Positions 17,329 through 26,340 of a stretch of 64,000 bases of DNA are shown here, piece by piece (the stretch's first letter is position 1; every line of letters begins with the position of its first letter). The stretch covers positions 16,084-80,083 of the forward strand of contig DATAHW010000089.1 of NCBI GenBank assembly GCA_036262935.1, read 5' to 3'. Under the pieces are notes generated by a model. The model searched no databases and had not been told where the DNA came from. It was given only the letters and a program-made list of their open reading frames with translations. The position numbers and the translations under genes were made by a program. This DNA comes from Gemmatimonadales bacterium (GTDB taxonomy: Bacteria; Gemmatimonadota; Gemmatimonadetes; Gemmatimonadales; GWC2-71-9).

Positions 17329-19401
17329 TTAGCTCCCGCGGCTCCACACCTGATTGTCGCGGTCGACGTCCGGAAACTCGCCCTCCGGGTCGATCTCGAC
17401 CCGCGCGACGGCCGGCTGCGCCGCCACCCGGACGGTGGTCCGGCGCGCACCGGTCAGCCACACGGAAACGGGCAGCTCCAGTCGCTGGACCTGTCCGTCA
17501 GCGCGCGTGATCGCCAGCCGAACGGGCATCGGCGCGAGGCCGCGGTCCTCGACGGTGATCGCGGTCGAGTCGCCCGAGGTGGTGACCGGGCCGACGGCCT
17601 GGTCCAGCGGCCACGCCTCGTAGAACCACGTCCGCCAGAACCAGCCGAGGTCGCGCCCGGCCACGGCGCCCATGGTGTTGAAGAAATCCGCCGGATATGG
17701 GTGCCGCCCGCTCCAGCGGTGGCCGTATTCTCGGAACGCCCGGTGGAACGTCTCCTCGCCGAGGATCCCCCGCAGCGCCACCAGCGCCTGCGCGGTCTTG
17801 TCGTAGAACATGATGAAGTAGAGGTTGGCCGGGTACAGGTCGCCGGGCCACATCAGCGTCTGGTCGTGGCCGCCGCGTGCGGCCTCGAGGTAGAGCTGCC
17901 GCTGCCCCGGCTCCGAGTCGGTCGGCCGGCCGCCGGTGCGCGGCTCGCCGTACAGCACGCGCATCGCCTGCGCGACGTCGAACTGAGTGAAGCCCTCGTC
18001 CATCCACGGGTACCGCTCCTCGTTCGAGCCGACCTGCATCGGAAACCACATGTGCCCGGTCTCGTGCATCAGGTCGCCCGCGAGCGAGAGGGTGTCCGCG
18101 AACGGCTGCATGAGGGTCATCATCGGATACTCCATCCCGCCGCTGTTCAGCACGCCCTCCATGGAGGTCATGGTGGGCCAGGGATACGGCCACAGGTAGG
18201 CGGAAAGCTGCTCGATGGCGTCGCGCGTGAACCGGGCGCCGCCGCGCGCCCACGCCGCCGCCGCCGCGGTGGGACGGTAGAAGCTGTTGATGTCGACGGT
18301 GTCACGCCCGGCTCGGCGGTCGCCGACCAGCGCCCGCGTGGCGTCCCACGCGTACTCGTCGCTCGTGCCCCAGGCGAAGTCGCGCACGTTCCGGGCGAGA
18401 AAGTGCCACGTCGCGGTGGGCCCGGTATCGGCGAAGCCGGCGGCCGCCGCTGGCCCCGGTTCGAGCACGTGGACCACGGTGCCGGCGCGCCGCGCTTCCG
18501 CCAGGCGCGCCCGCGCTCCCGGCGACAGGACCTCGGTCGCGTTGACCAGCCGTCCGGTCGCGCCCACCACCCAGCCATGGGGCACGGTGACGCGCACGTC
18601 GTAGTCGCCCGGGTCCATGTAGAACTCGGCCTCGAGCAGATACGGGTCGGCGACCCAGCCGTTCACGTCGTCGTAGACTGCCACTTGCGGGTACCAGTAG
18701 CCCATGAAGTAGACGTCGTCTTCGCGGCCCTGGCGTCCGTCGGATGGCGCCGGCGGGGGCGTGTAGGACCAGGTGACGTCCAGCGCTACGCTGTCGCCCG
18801 GCAGGACAGGCGTGGACAGCGGAATCCAGGCGACGGTGCCGTCGACCATGTAATCGCCCCCCGCGGCGCGGTCTCGCCGCGCCATGTCGGTGATCGGCAC
18901 GGCCGCCACGCCTGTATCGGGCGGCGCGAGCACGCGTCCGCCGACCGCCACACGGTCGAGCCGCATCCCGCCCGTGATCGGCGCCGATTGGCGGCGCGGA
19001 TTCCCCGCGGCGAACGCGTTCTGCCGCAGGTGGACGGCCAGTTGGCGCAACGTGTCGGGCGAATGATTCAGATAGATCACCTGCTCCCGGCCCGTGACGC
19101 GGCGGGTGAACGGATCCAGCCGCGCCTCGATGCGGTAGCGTGCGTGCTGCACCCAGTTCGCGGGGCCGGGGCGCCCGCTGCGCGTGCGCGTGCCGCGCTC
19201 GACCGCGCGGGTGAACTCCGGGATCTCGTAGACGGGCCCGGGGAGCGGCCGGCCGGCCTCCAGCGTCGCCGCGGGAGCGAGTGGCGCGGCCGGCCGAGTC
19301 TGGGCGGCGACCGCGGCGGGGATCAGGAGAGCGGCGAGGAGCATCGTAGCGCCAGCACGCGTGCGGGCGATGCCGCGACGGCGGCCGATTGTCGGGTTCA
19401 T
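17329..19401 (-). CDS. Secreted M1-family-like zinc metallopeptidase
   Basis: HETGH followed by E 19 residues later (HExxH-X18-E). Signal peptide ends in AAVAAQ. The start could be ATG 19401 or GTG 19419. Confidence 0.85.
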   Translation of the reverse strand: MNPTIGRRRGIARTRAGATMLLAALLIPAAVAAQTRPAAPLAPAATLEAGRPLPGPVYEIPEFTRAVERGTRTRSGRPGPANWVQHARYRIEARLDPFTRRVTGREQVIYLNHSPDTLRQLAVHLRQNAFAAGNPRRQSAPITGGMRLDRVAVGGRVLAPPDTGVAAVPITDMARRDRAAGGDYMVDGTVAWIPLSTPVLPGDSVALDVTWSYTPPPAPSDGRQGREDDVYFMGYWYPQVAVYDDVNGWVADPYLLEAEFYMDPGDYDVRVTVPHGWVVGATGRLVNATEVLSPGARARLAEARRAGTVVHVLEPGPAAAAGFADTGPTATWHFLARNVRDFAWGTSDEYAWDATRALVGDRRAGRDTVDINSFYRPTAAAAAWARGGARFTRDAIEQLSAYLWPYPWPTMTSMEGVLNSGGMEYPMMTLMQPFADTLSLAGDLMHETGHMWFPMQVGSNEERYPWMDEGFTQFDVAQAMRVLYGEPRTGGRPTDSEPGQRQLYLEAARGGHDQTLMWPGDLYPANLYFIMFYDKTAQALVALRGILGEETFHRAFREYGHRWSGRHPYPADFFNTMGAVAGRDLGWFWRTWFYEAWPLDQAVGPVTTSGDSTAITVEDRGLAPMPVRLAITRADGQVQRLELPVSVWLTGARRTTVRVAAQPAVARVEIDPEGEFPDVDRDNQVWSRGS

Positions 19402-19502
19402 GCACCGAACTTGCCTCACGCCGCAGACATGTCAATCGCCGCCGTCGCGATCCGCGGAGCCCTGGCCTCCCGCGCGCGTAGGTGAGCCGCTAGCTTTGGC
19501 GC

Positions 19503-19883
19503 ATGCACGATTTGCCATCGCTTCCGTGCTACCCCTGTCCCCACCTGTCGTCCTGCTGCGCCTACGGTGTCACCCTGAGTGACGACGAGGCCGCCGCGAT
19601 CGCGCGCGCGCACGGCGACGGAATGGTCTACCGGACCCGCTGGGGCGAGTGGCGCACGCGGGTGCGTGGCCGTCGCTGCGTATTCCTCAGGGACAACGTG
19701 TGCACCATCCACGCGCAGGCGTACTATCCCGCGGTCTGCCGCGGTTTCCCCTGGACCGACGCGGAAACCGGCGGCCCCTACGAGTACGACCGCACGATCT
19801 GTCCGGAGTTCATCGTGCGCCCGGAGCTGGTGCAGCTTGGCGGCGCCGTGGCGCGGCCGGCACGACCCGGCGGCGATCTGTGA
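19503..19883 (+). CDS. CxxCxxCC (YkgJ-like) putative zinc/iron-chelating protein
   Basis: N-terminal CYPCPHLSSCC cluster plus later C residues (RRCVFL, CTIH, AVCRGFP). The stop overlaps the next start (GTGA). Confidence 0.7.
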   Translation: MHDLPSLPCYPCPHLSSCCAYGVTLSDDEAAAIARAHGDGMVYRTRWGEWRTRVRGRRCVFLRDNVCTIHAQAYYPAVCRGFPWTDAETGGPYEYDRTICPEFIVRPELVQLGGAVARPARPGGDL

Positions 19884-21166
19884 TCCCAGGACTCCTTCGC
19901 GGCTGCGCGATTCCTCTCTCACCCGTCACCCTCGCGATCCTCATGGCCGCTCCCGCCACGGCGCAGACGCCCGATGCCGCGCTCGAGCACGCGCGCGCGC
20001 TGCTCCGGTCCACCCCGCTGATCGACGGCCACAACGATCTCCCCTGGGCGATCCGCACGGCGGAGGGAGCGCCGCGCGACGTCGCCGCGTACGATCTCCG
20101 GCAGCGGACGCCCGGGATGACCGATCTCGAACGACTGAAGGCGGGCCAGGTCGGAGCCCAGTTCTGGTCGATCTACGTCGACGGCGAGATGAAGGACAGC
20201 GGGTACGCGCGGGTGCAGCTCGAGGAGTTCGACATTGCCCGGCGCATGATCGCGCGCTACCCCGACCGGCTCTCGCTCGCGCTCGCGGCGGACGACATCG
20301 AGCGCGATGCGAAGCGGGGCCGGCTGGCGTCGCTCTTGGGCATGGAGGGCGGGCACGTCATCGAGAATTCGCTCGGCGCGCTCCGGTCCTACTACGCCCT
20401 TGGCGCGCGTTACATGACGCTCACCCACAACGTCACCACCGACTGGGCCGACGCGGCGCTCGACAGCGCGCGGCACGGCGGCCTCACCCCCTTCGGCCGC
20501 GAGGTGGTGCATGAGATGAACCGGCTGGGGATGCTGGTGGATCTGGCGCACGTCTCGCCGGGCACGATGAGCGACGCGCTCGACGCCACCGACGCGCCGG
20601 TCATCTTCTCCCACTCCGGTGCGCGCGCGCTGGTGGACCACCCCCGGAACGTGCCCGACTCGATTCTCGCACGGCTGCCGAAGAACGGCGGCGTGGTGAT
20701 GCTGACGTTCGTGCCGCAGTTCGTGTCCACCGAGTTCATGGCGTGGGAGCAGCAGAGCGACAGCGTGTGGAAGCAGCTCAAGGCCACCATCCCCGACAGC
20801 GCCGAGCGCCGGCGGCAGCACGACGCCTGGGAGGCCGGCCATGCCGCCCCCAGCGCCACGCTCGCCCAGGTGGCCGATCATATCGAGCACGTGCGTGACG
20901 TGGCGGGGGTGGACCACGTCGGGATCGGGAGCGACTTCGACGGCATCGAGCACGTGCCGTTGGGACTGGAGGATGTCTCCCGGTTTCCGTTCCTCTTCGC
21001 CGAGCTCATCCGGCGCGGCTGGAGCGATACCGATCTGAAGAAGCTCGCGGGCAGGAATCTGCTCCGCGTGATGCACCAGGCCGAGGCCACCGCCGCCCGT
21101 CTGCAGCGCGAGCGCCAGCCCTCGACCCGGACCATCGAGGAGCTGGACGGCCCCCCGCGGAGCTGA
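19880..21166 (+). CDS. Membrane (renal-type) dipeptidase, peptidase family M19
   Basis: Contains IDGHNDLPW, GMEGGH, RYMTLTHN, DLAHVS, FSHSGA and GIGSDFDG. In-frame GTG 19880 gives a signal-like N-terminus. Confidence 0.9.
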   Translation: MIPGLLRGCAIPLSPVTLAILMAAPATAQTPDAALEHARALLRSTPLIDGHNDLPWAIRTAEGAPRDVAAYDLRQRTPGMTDLERLKAGQVGAQFWSIYVDGEMKDSGYARVQLEEFDIARRMIARYPDRLSLALAADDIERDAKRGRLASLLGMEGGHVIENSLGALRSYYALGARYMTLTHNVTTDWADAALDSARHGGLTPFGREVVHEMNRLGMLVDLAHVSPGTMSDALDATDAPVIFSHSGARALVDHPRNVPDSILARLPKNGGVVMLTFVPQFVSTEFMAWEQQSDSVWKQLKATIPDSAERRRQHDAWEAGHAAPSATLAQVADHIEHVRDVAGVDHVGIGSDFDGIEHVPLGLEDVSRFPFLFAELIRRGWSDTDLKKLAGRNLLRVMHQAEATAARLQRERQPSTRTIEELDGPPRS

Positions 21167-21191
21167 CGTGCCGGACGCTCGCCGACAGCTG

Positions 21192-21285
21192 ACGGCACTG
21201 TCATCCCGAGCGGAGCGAGGGATCTTGCCCGGCCGAGTTCGGACTGCGGAACAGTAGATCGCTCCGCTCGGGATGACAGTGCCGT
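21192..21285. repeat. Perfect 27-bp inverted repeat (acggcactgtcatcccgagcggagcga / tcgctccgctcgggatgacagtgccgt) with a 40-nt spacer
   Basis: Arms at 21192-21218 and 21259-21285 are exact reverse complements. It lies between convergent genes (dipeptidase, SURF1), so it may act as a bidirectional terminator or REP-like element. Confidence 0.85.
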
Positions 21286-21296
21286 TCACCCGCGAC

Positions 21297-21338
21297 CGCT
21301 CACCTCTCACCTCTCACCTCTCACCTCTCACCGCTCAC
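21297..21338. repeat. Heptamer tandem repeat c(g/t)ctcac x6
   Basis: Read directly as cgctcac ctctcac ctctcac ctctcac ctctcac cgctcac. It overlaps the SURF1 stop codon (21328-21330). Confidence 0.9.
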
Positions 21339-22035
21339 CCCTACTCCCCACTCCCCCCACCACCAGCACCGCAAACCCCACCACCATCCCCGCGAAGAGA
21401 AACCACTGGATCGCGTAGCTCAGATGCGGCCCCTCGTCGAGCGGCGCCGGCGCGAGCCGGCGGGGAAACGAAGGCAGCGCGCTGTCCGGGCTCTGCTGGA
21501 TGTAGACCGGCAGTACGTCGTACGGCAGCCGTTCGCGCAGGGCGGCCAGGTCGAGCCGGCGCCAGGTCGTGCGTCCGCCGTGCTCGATCGGCGCCCCGCC
21601 GGCCGGCGGGACCGGCAGCGCGACCCCGCGCACCACCAACTCGCCCGGCTCCTGCAGCCCGTCGAGGTCCACCGTGACGGCGTCCGGCGACGGAACGAAG
21701 CCGCGTTCGACCAGCACCGCCGGCCCCTTGTCACCCAGCAGCAGCGGGGTCACGATCAGCACTCCCGGTGTCCCCTCCAGCACGTTGCCCCTGAGGACGA
21801 CATCCCGCCCCCGGTCGTAGCGCCCGCGGGCCACCACGCGGCGCTGCCCCAGCGACTCCGGGTGCTGCGTGGCCGCGGTGAGGGTGACTTCGGGTGCCAG
21901 GCGGCCGGCCATCGTGGCCGCGTTCGCCGCGCGGCGCTGGTGCAATCGGTCGAGCTGCCACACGCCGAGCCGGGCGAATCCGGCGGCGACCAGCAGCATG
22001 ACGAAGATCAGCAGGCGGCGTGCGGTGGGTGACAT
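21328..22035 (-). CDS. SURF1/Shy1-family cytochrome oxidase assembly protein
   Basis: N-terminal TM plus GVWQLDRLHQRR, C-terminal GPHLSYAIQWF plus a second TM; a typical SURF1 layout. Confidence 0.85.
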   Translation of the reverse strand: MSPTARRLLIFVMLLVAAGFARLGVWQLDRLHQRRAANAATMAGRLAPEVTLTAATQHPESLGQRRVVARGRYDRGRDVVLRGNVLEGTPGVLIVTPLLLGDKGPAVLVERGFVPSPDAVTVDLDGLQEPGELVVRGVALPVPPAGGAPIEHGGRTTWRRLDLAALRERLPYDVLPVYIQQSPDSALPSFPRRLAPAPLDEGPHLSYAIQWFLFAGMVVGFAVLVVGGVGSRGER

Positions 22036-22167
22036 CGCTGTTCAGGATAGAGGACGGTCGGAGCGCCCGGCCGAGCCCCGGGGGAAGCTCGGCGCGGTCC
22101 GGCTCTTGCGCGGGGCGGGGAAGCTACATTCACAGGCGACCGCAACTTAACCACGGCGAGGTAGAAC

Positions 22168-22773
22168 ATGCGGACCCTACGGCGCGGCCTGACCGCCGCG
22201 GCTGCCGCGATGCTGCTCCTCGGAGGCCTGGCCGGCGCGCAGGAGGCGCCCCCGGGCCTGGTCGAGGTGCGGAGCTCTGAACGGCACGGCTTCTGGGGCG
22301 CGCTCGGCGTGGGCGCGGGCGGCGAGGCGTTCGACCTCCGAGACGGCGCCGGCTACAGCGGCGATCTCTACAAGCCCACCGTGTCGCTCCGGCTCGGCGG
22401 CACGCCCAGCCGCTATCTCCGCCTCGGCGGGGAGGTACTCGGCTGGATCAACGACCAGGGCCGCCGCACCGAATCGCTCACCAGCGTACTCTTCATCACC
22501 CAGTTCTATCCCGCGCCCGCTGCCGGCCTCTATCTCAAGGGCGGGCTCGGCCTGGGCCGGAACGAGGTGAGCTTCGACCCTGGTTTCGGCGTGGGTGACA
22601 CCGGGTTCGCCGGTCTTCTCGGCGCCGGCTGGGAAATCCGGGTGGGCCGGCGGCTGTACCTCAATCCGGCCGCGGACCTGGTCGAGCACCGCTATACCGG
22701 CCGCGACGGGGCCGGCTACCGTGAGCGGCTGCTCAACTTCGGACTCGGCGTCCTCTTCCAGTCCGGGGGCTGA
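22168..22773 (+). CDS. Small outer-membrane beta-barrel protein (OmpA-beta-barrel/OmpW-like size)
   Basis: Signal peptide LGGLAGAQ. Alternating hydrophobic, G/Y-rich strands (GFWGALGVGAGG, LYLKGGLGLG, GLLGAGWEIRVG). Confidence 0.7.
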   Translation: MRTLRRGLTAAAAAMLLLGGLAGAQEAPPGLVEVRSSERHGFWGALGVGAGGEAFDLRDGAGYSGDLYKPTVSLRLGGTPSRYLRLGGEVLGWINDQGRRTESLTSVLFITQFYPAPAAGLYLKGGLGLGRNEVSFDPGFGVGDTGFAGLLGAGWEIRVGRRLYLNPAADLVEHRYTGRDGAGYRERLLNFGLGVLFQSGG

Positions 22774-22818
22774 CTTCGTATTGTTTTGGACCCCGAATTC
22801 CACATCGCAGGTGGCGCC

Positions 22819-23538
22819 ATGAGAGAGTTCGCTCGCGTTGTCGGTCTGGCCACGGCGCTCGCGCTCCCGGGCCTGTGGGGCTGCGGCGGCGATCTCACGC
22901 TCCCCGAGTCCACCGGGGCTGGGCTCGCGCTCGCGGTCGTCCAGGGCAACGGCCAGCAGGGGACGGTCGGGCAGCCGCTCCCGAACCCCGTCGTCGTGCT
23001 GGTCCGCAGCGACGCCGGGCAGCCGATCGCCAACCGGCAGGTGGAGTTTGCGCCTGCGGAGGGCCAGGCGGCCAGCTTCGATCCGGACACCGCTGTCACC
23101 GACTCGAGGGGGGAGGCGGTCACCAAGTGGGTCCTGGGGACCGCTCCGGGCGTCTACACCGCGGAGGCACGCGTCCTGGCCCAGGGAGACGCGCCGCCGC
23201 CGGTGCCACTCCAGGCCGCGGCCGTGGCGGGCACCCCCGACACTATCCGGCCGGTGAGCCACACCGGCCAGCCCGGCCAGCCAAATCAGACGCTGCCCGA
23301 GCCGCTCGTCGTTATGGTGCTCGATCGATTCGGCAACCCGGTCGCCGGCGCCGAAGTGGCCTGGAGCGTCGTGGCCGGCGGAGGCCAGGTGAGCGCGGAC
23401 CGGGTGGCCACGGCGACGGACGGCACCTCCAGCGTCACTTGGACACTGGGCGCGGGCATCGGACTCCAGCGGGTCACGGCCAATGTGGGTGGCACCTCGG
23501 GCTCCCCGGTCACCTTCACCGCCGTGGTTCTCTTCTGA
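22819..23538 (+). CDS. Ig-like (Big_1/invasin-type) repeat lipoprotein 1
   Basis: MREFARVVGLATALALPGLWGC lipobox followed by GGDLTLP. Two repeats of the type VVQGNGQQGTVGQPLPNPVVVLV..D..G.P. Confidence 0.8.
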   Translation: MREFARVVGLATALALPGLWGCGGDLTLPESTGAGLALAVVQGNGQQGTVGQPLPNPVVVLVRSDAGQPIANRQVEFAPAEGQAASFDPDTAVTDSRGEAVTKWVLGTAPGVYTAEARVLAQGDAPPPVPLQAAAVAGTPDTIRPVSHTGQPGQPNQTLPEPLVVMVLDRFGNPVAGAEVAWSVVAGGGQVSADRVATATDGTSSVTWTLGAGIGLQRVTANVGGTSGSPVTFTAVVLF

Positions 23539-23610
23539 GCGAGGGTGTGGCGGCGGAGGCGCAACACCCGCGGGCGGAGGGCCAGCCAAGCGCTTGATGC
23601 TCAATCACCT

Positions 23611-26226
23611 ATGACGGGGCGTCGCGCCTCTCACCGGGCACATATCCTGCTTCATCCACGGCTTTCCTCTACCCGACATCCTGTGACCACCACCCGGCGT
23701 CGCCTGGCGTACTCGCTCTCCTTCGGACTCGCCGCGGCCTCGTCGGCCTGCGGCGGCGACGGCCTCGTGCTGCCCAACGAGTCGCGTCCGGCGTCCATCA
23801 GCGTCGTGAGCGGCGACGGTCAGTCCGCCGCCGCGGGAGCGGCGTTGGGCCAGCCGCTGGTGGTGAGTGTGGTGGACGCGCTCGAGCGCCCGGTCCAGGG
23901 CCAGACGGTGGCGTTCACGGTCGACGCGGGCGGCGGAACGGTGGCGCCCGCCACCGCATCGACTGACGCCGACGGGCTTGCCTCCGCGAACTGGACCCTG
24001 GGAACCGGAGCGGGCACGCAGAGCGTGAAGGCGCAGGTGCAGGCCGCGGGGCTCCCCGCGCCGCTCGTCGCCGGGTTCACCGCCACCGCGACATCCGGGA
24101 CCGGCGCCATCCTCGAGCCCGTCAGCGGCGACAATCAAACGGCTCCGGTCAAGTCCGCGCTCGCGGATTCGCTCGTGGTGCGCGTGACCGACGCGCTCCA
24201 GAACCCGGTGGCCGGCGTCGAGGTGCAGTGGTCGGTGGATGGCGGCGGCTCCATCAGCCCGGTGACGGTGACCACCGGCGCCGACGGTCTGGCCGCGGCG
24301 GAGCGGGTGCTCGGCAGCGCTGCCGGGACCCAGACGGCCCAGGCCGCGGCGACCGGGCTCGCGCCGGTGACGTTCACCCACACCGCGGTCGCCGCCAATC
24401 CCACCGTGCTGCGCCTCGTCTCGGGCGACGGACAGACCGGCTCCGTGGGCAACCCGCTCGCCGAGCCCGTGGTGGTGCGTCTCGAAGACGAAAATGGGAA
24501 CGGCGTGGGCGACAAGTCCGTCACCTTCGTGGCCGGACCGGGCGCGGGCAGCACCGATCCGGTGAATGCCACGACCGATCCCAACGGCTTCGCCTCCAGC
24601 GTCTGGACCCTCGGGTCGAGCCTCGGCGGGAAGACGCTGACGGCCATCTTCTCGGGTCTGCCGCCCGTGGCCTTCACCGCCACCGCGGTCGCCGCGACGC
24701 CCACGCAGCTCGCCTTCACCCGGCCCCCGCAGACCACGGCGGCCGGGGCCAGCTTCAGCCCGTCCATCCAGGTCACCGTGCAGGACGCCGCTGGTAACAC
24801 CGTCACCAGCGCCAACGACGCAGTCACGCTGGCCATCGGCAGCAATCCGGCGGGCGGCACCCTTTCCGGGACGGTTACGGTCAACGCGGTGAACGGCGTC
24901 GCGTCCTTCGGAAACGTCTCGATCGACCAGGTGGGCTCCGGCTACACGCTGACCGCGTCCGCCGCGGGGCTCGCCGGCGCCACGAGCCCGGCGTTCGACA
25001 TCGTGCCCACGCAGGTGAATACGATCATCGTGATCACCAGCGACACGCCCGACCCATCGACCATCGGCGTGCCGTTTACGGTCACCTGGAACCTGAACTC
25101 GTCCGGCACCGCGCCGATCACCGGCAACGTCACGGTGACGGTCAACGGAACCGCCGACACCTGCAGCGCGCCCGCCGCGCTGGGCGCCGGAAGTTGTGAT
25201 CTGACCATCACCCTCAACGGCTCGCACCGCCTCACCGCCACCTTCCCGGGCGACGCGAACTACAAGAGCTCGACCGACATCGACGCGCACCAGGTGAAGG
25301 GGACGACGAGCACGACGCTCGCGTCATCGGTGAACCCTTCGACCGTGGGCCAGAGCATCACGCTGACCGCGCATGTCGCGCCCAGCGGCGGGAGCACCGG
25401 GAGCCCCGGCGGGCAGGTGCAGTTCATGGAGGGGGCCACGCTGCTCGGGACCAGAAGCGTGAACGGAGCGGGGGACGCGGCGCTGGACATCAGCTCCCTG
25501 GGGGAGGGACTCCATTCGATCACCGCGGCCTACCAGGGCTCGACCACGTTTGAGGCCAGCACATCGGCGGCGGTCGATCAGCAGGTGAACGCGGCTCCGA
25601 ACGTGCCGCCGACCGCCGTGGACGATGCCACCGGGTACTCCGTGCTCGAGGATGGAACGCTGAACGCGGGTACGAGCGTGCTGCAGAACGATTCCGACAA
25701 CGATGGGCCTTCGCCGCTCGTGGCGCGCAATGCCAGCGACCCGGCGAATGGCACGGTCGCACTCAACAGCGATGGGACGTTCACCTACACTCCCGACCCT
25801 GATTTCAACGGCACCGATACCTTCACCTACGAGGCGTTCGACGGAGCGGCCGCATCGACCGCCACCGTGACGATCACCGTCACGCCCGTCAACGACGCCC
25901 CGAGCTTCAACTCGGGCGGCAACGTCACCCAGAGCGACGCGGCGGGCCAGTTCGATCAGCCGTGGGCCACAGCTCTGAGCGCCGGTCCCACCAACGAGAG
26001 CGGGCAGTCGTTGAGCTTCGTCACGACGCTGGTCAATCCGTTGAACGCGTTGCTGTTTGCTCAGCAGCCAAGCGTGGACCCGACGGGCCGGCTCACGTTC
26101 ACCGCCGCCGCGCTCGCTTCGGGCACCGTGGATGTCCAGGTCCACATCGTGGACGACGGCGGCACCGCGAACGGCGGCGTCGACGCCAGCGGCGACCAGC
26201 CGTTCACGATCACTCTCACGCCTTAG
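23611..26226 (+). CDS. Large Ig-like repeat lipoprotein 2 with a C-terminal cadherin-like (VNDAP) module
   Basis: Lipobox ASSAC followed by GGDGLVLP. Contains many VSGDGQ..G..L..PLVV.V.D..GNPV repeats, Cys-pair Ig repeats (TCSAPAALGAGSCDLTIT), then TAVDD..Y.V.ED..L and VNDAPSF. Alternative start GTG 23683. Confidence 0.85.
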   Translation: MTGRRASHRAHILLHPRLSSTRHPVTTTRRRLAYSLSFGLAAASSACGGDGLVLPNESRPASISVVSGDGQSAAAGAALGQPLVVSVVDALERPVQGQTVAFTVDAGGGTVAPATASTDADGLASANWTLGTGAGTQSVKAQVQAAGLPAPLVAGFTATATSGTGAILEPVSGDNQTAPVKSALADSLVVRVTDALQNPVAGVEVQWSVDGGGSISPVTVTTGADGLAAAERVLGSAAGTQTAQAAATGLAPVTFTHTAVAANPTVLRLVSGDGQTGSVGNPLAEPVVVRLEDENGNGVGDKSVTFVAGPGAGSTDPVNATTDPNGFASSVWTLGSSLGGKTLTAIFSGLPPVAFTATAVAATPTQLAFTRPPQTTAAGASFSPSIQVTVQDAAGNTVTSANDAVTLAIGSNPAGGTLSGTVTVNAVNGVASFGNVSIDQVGSGYTLTASAAGLAGATSPAFDIVPTQVNTIIVITSDTPDPSTIGVPFTVTWNLNSSGTAPITGNVTVTVNGTADTCSAPAALGAGSCDLTITLNGSHRLTATFPGDANYKSSTDIDAHQVKGTTSTTLASSVNPSTVGQSITLTAHVAPSGGSTGSPGGQVQFMEGATLLGTRSVNGAGDAALDISSLGEGLHSITAAYQGSTTFEASTSAAVDQQVNAAPNVPPTAVDDATGYSVLEDGTLNAGTSVLQNDSDNDGPSPLVARNASDPANGTVALNSDGTFTYTPDPDFNGTDTFTYEAFDGAAASTATVTITVTPVNDAPSFNSGGNVTQSDAAGQFDQPWATALSAGPTNESGQSLSFVTTLVNPLNALLFAQQPSVDPTGRLTFTAAALASGTVDVQVHIVDDGGTANGGVDASGDQPFTITLTP

Positions 26227-26340
26227 CCGAAGCGGCTTCGCGGCCGCTCCTGTGACCCATCTCATCGCCCGACTTCCCCGGCTGGTGTAGCTTTCCGCTC
26301 GCTCAGTCCGCGCACCCCGTCATCCGATCCGCCGAGTCCT

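Noticed and set aside
22780-22800. TTGGACC-ccgaa-TTCC upstream of lipoprotein 1 as a third sigma-54 box
   Set aside because: It matches neither the GGCAC core nor the GC of the -12, and it lies only about 20 nt from the ATG, leaving no room for a TSS plus SD.
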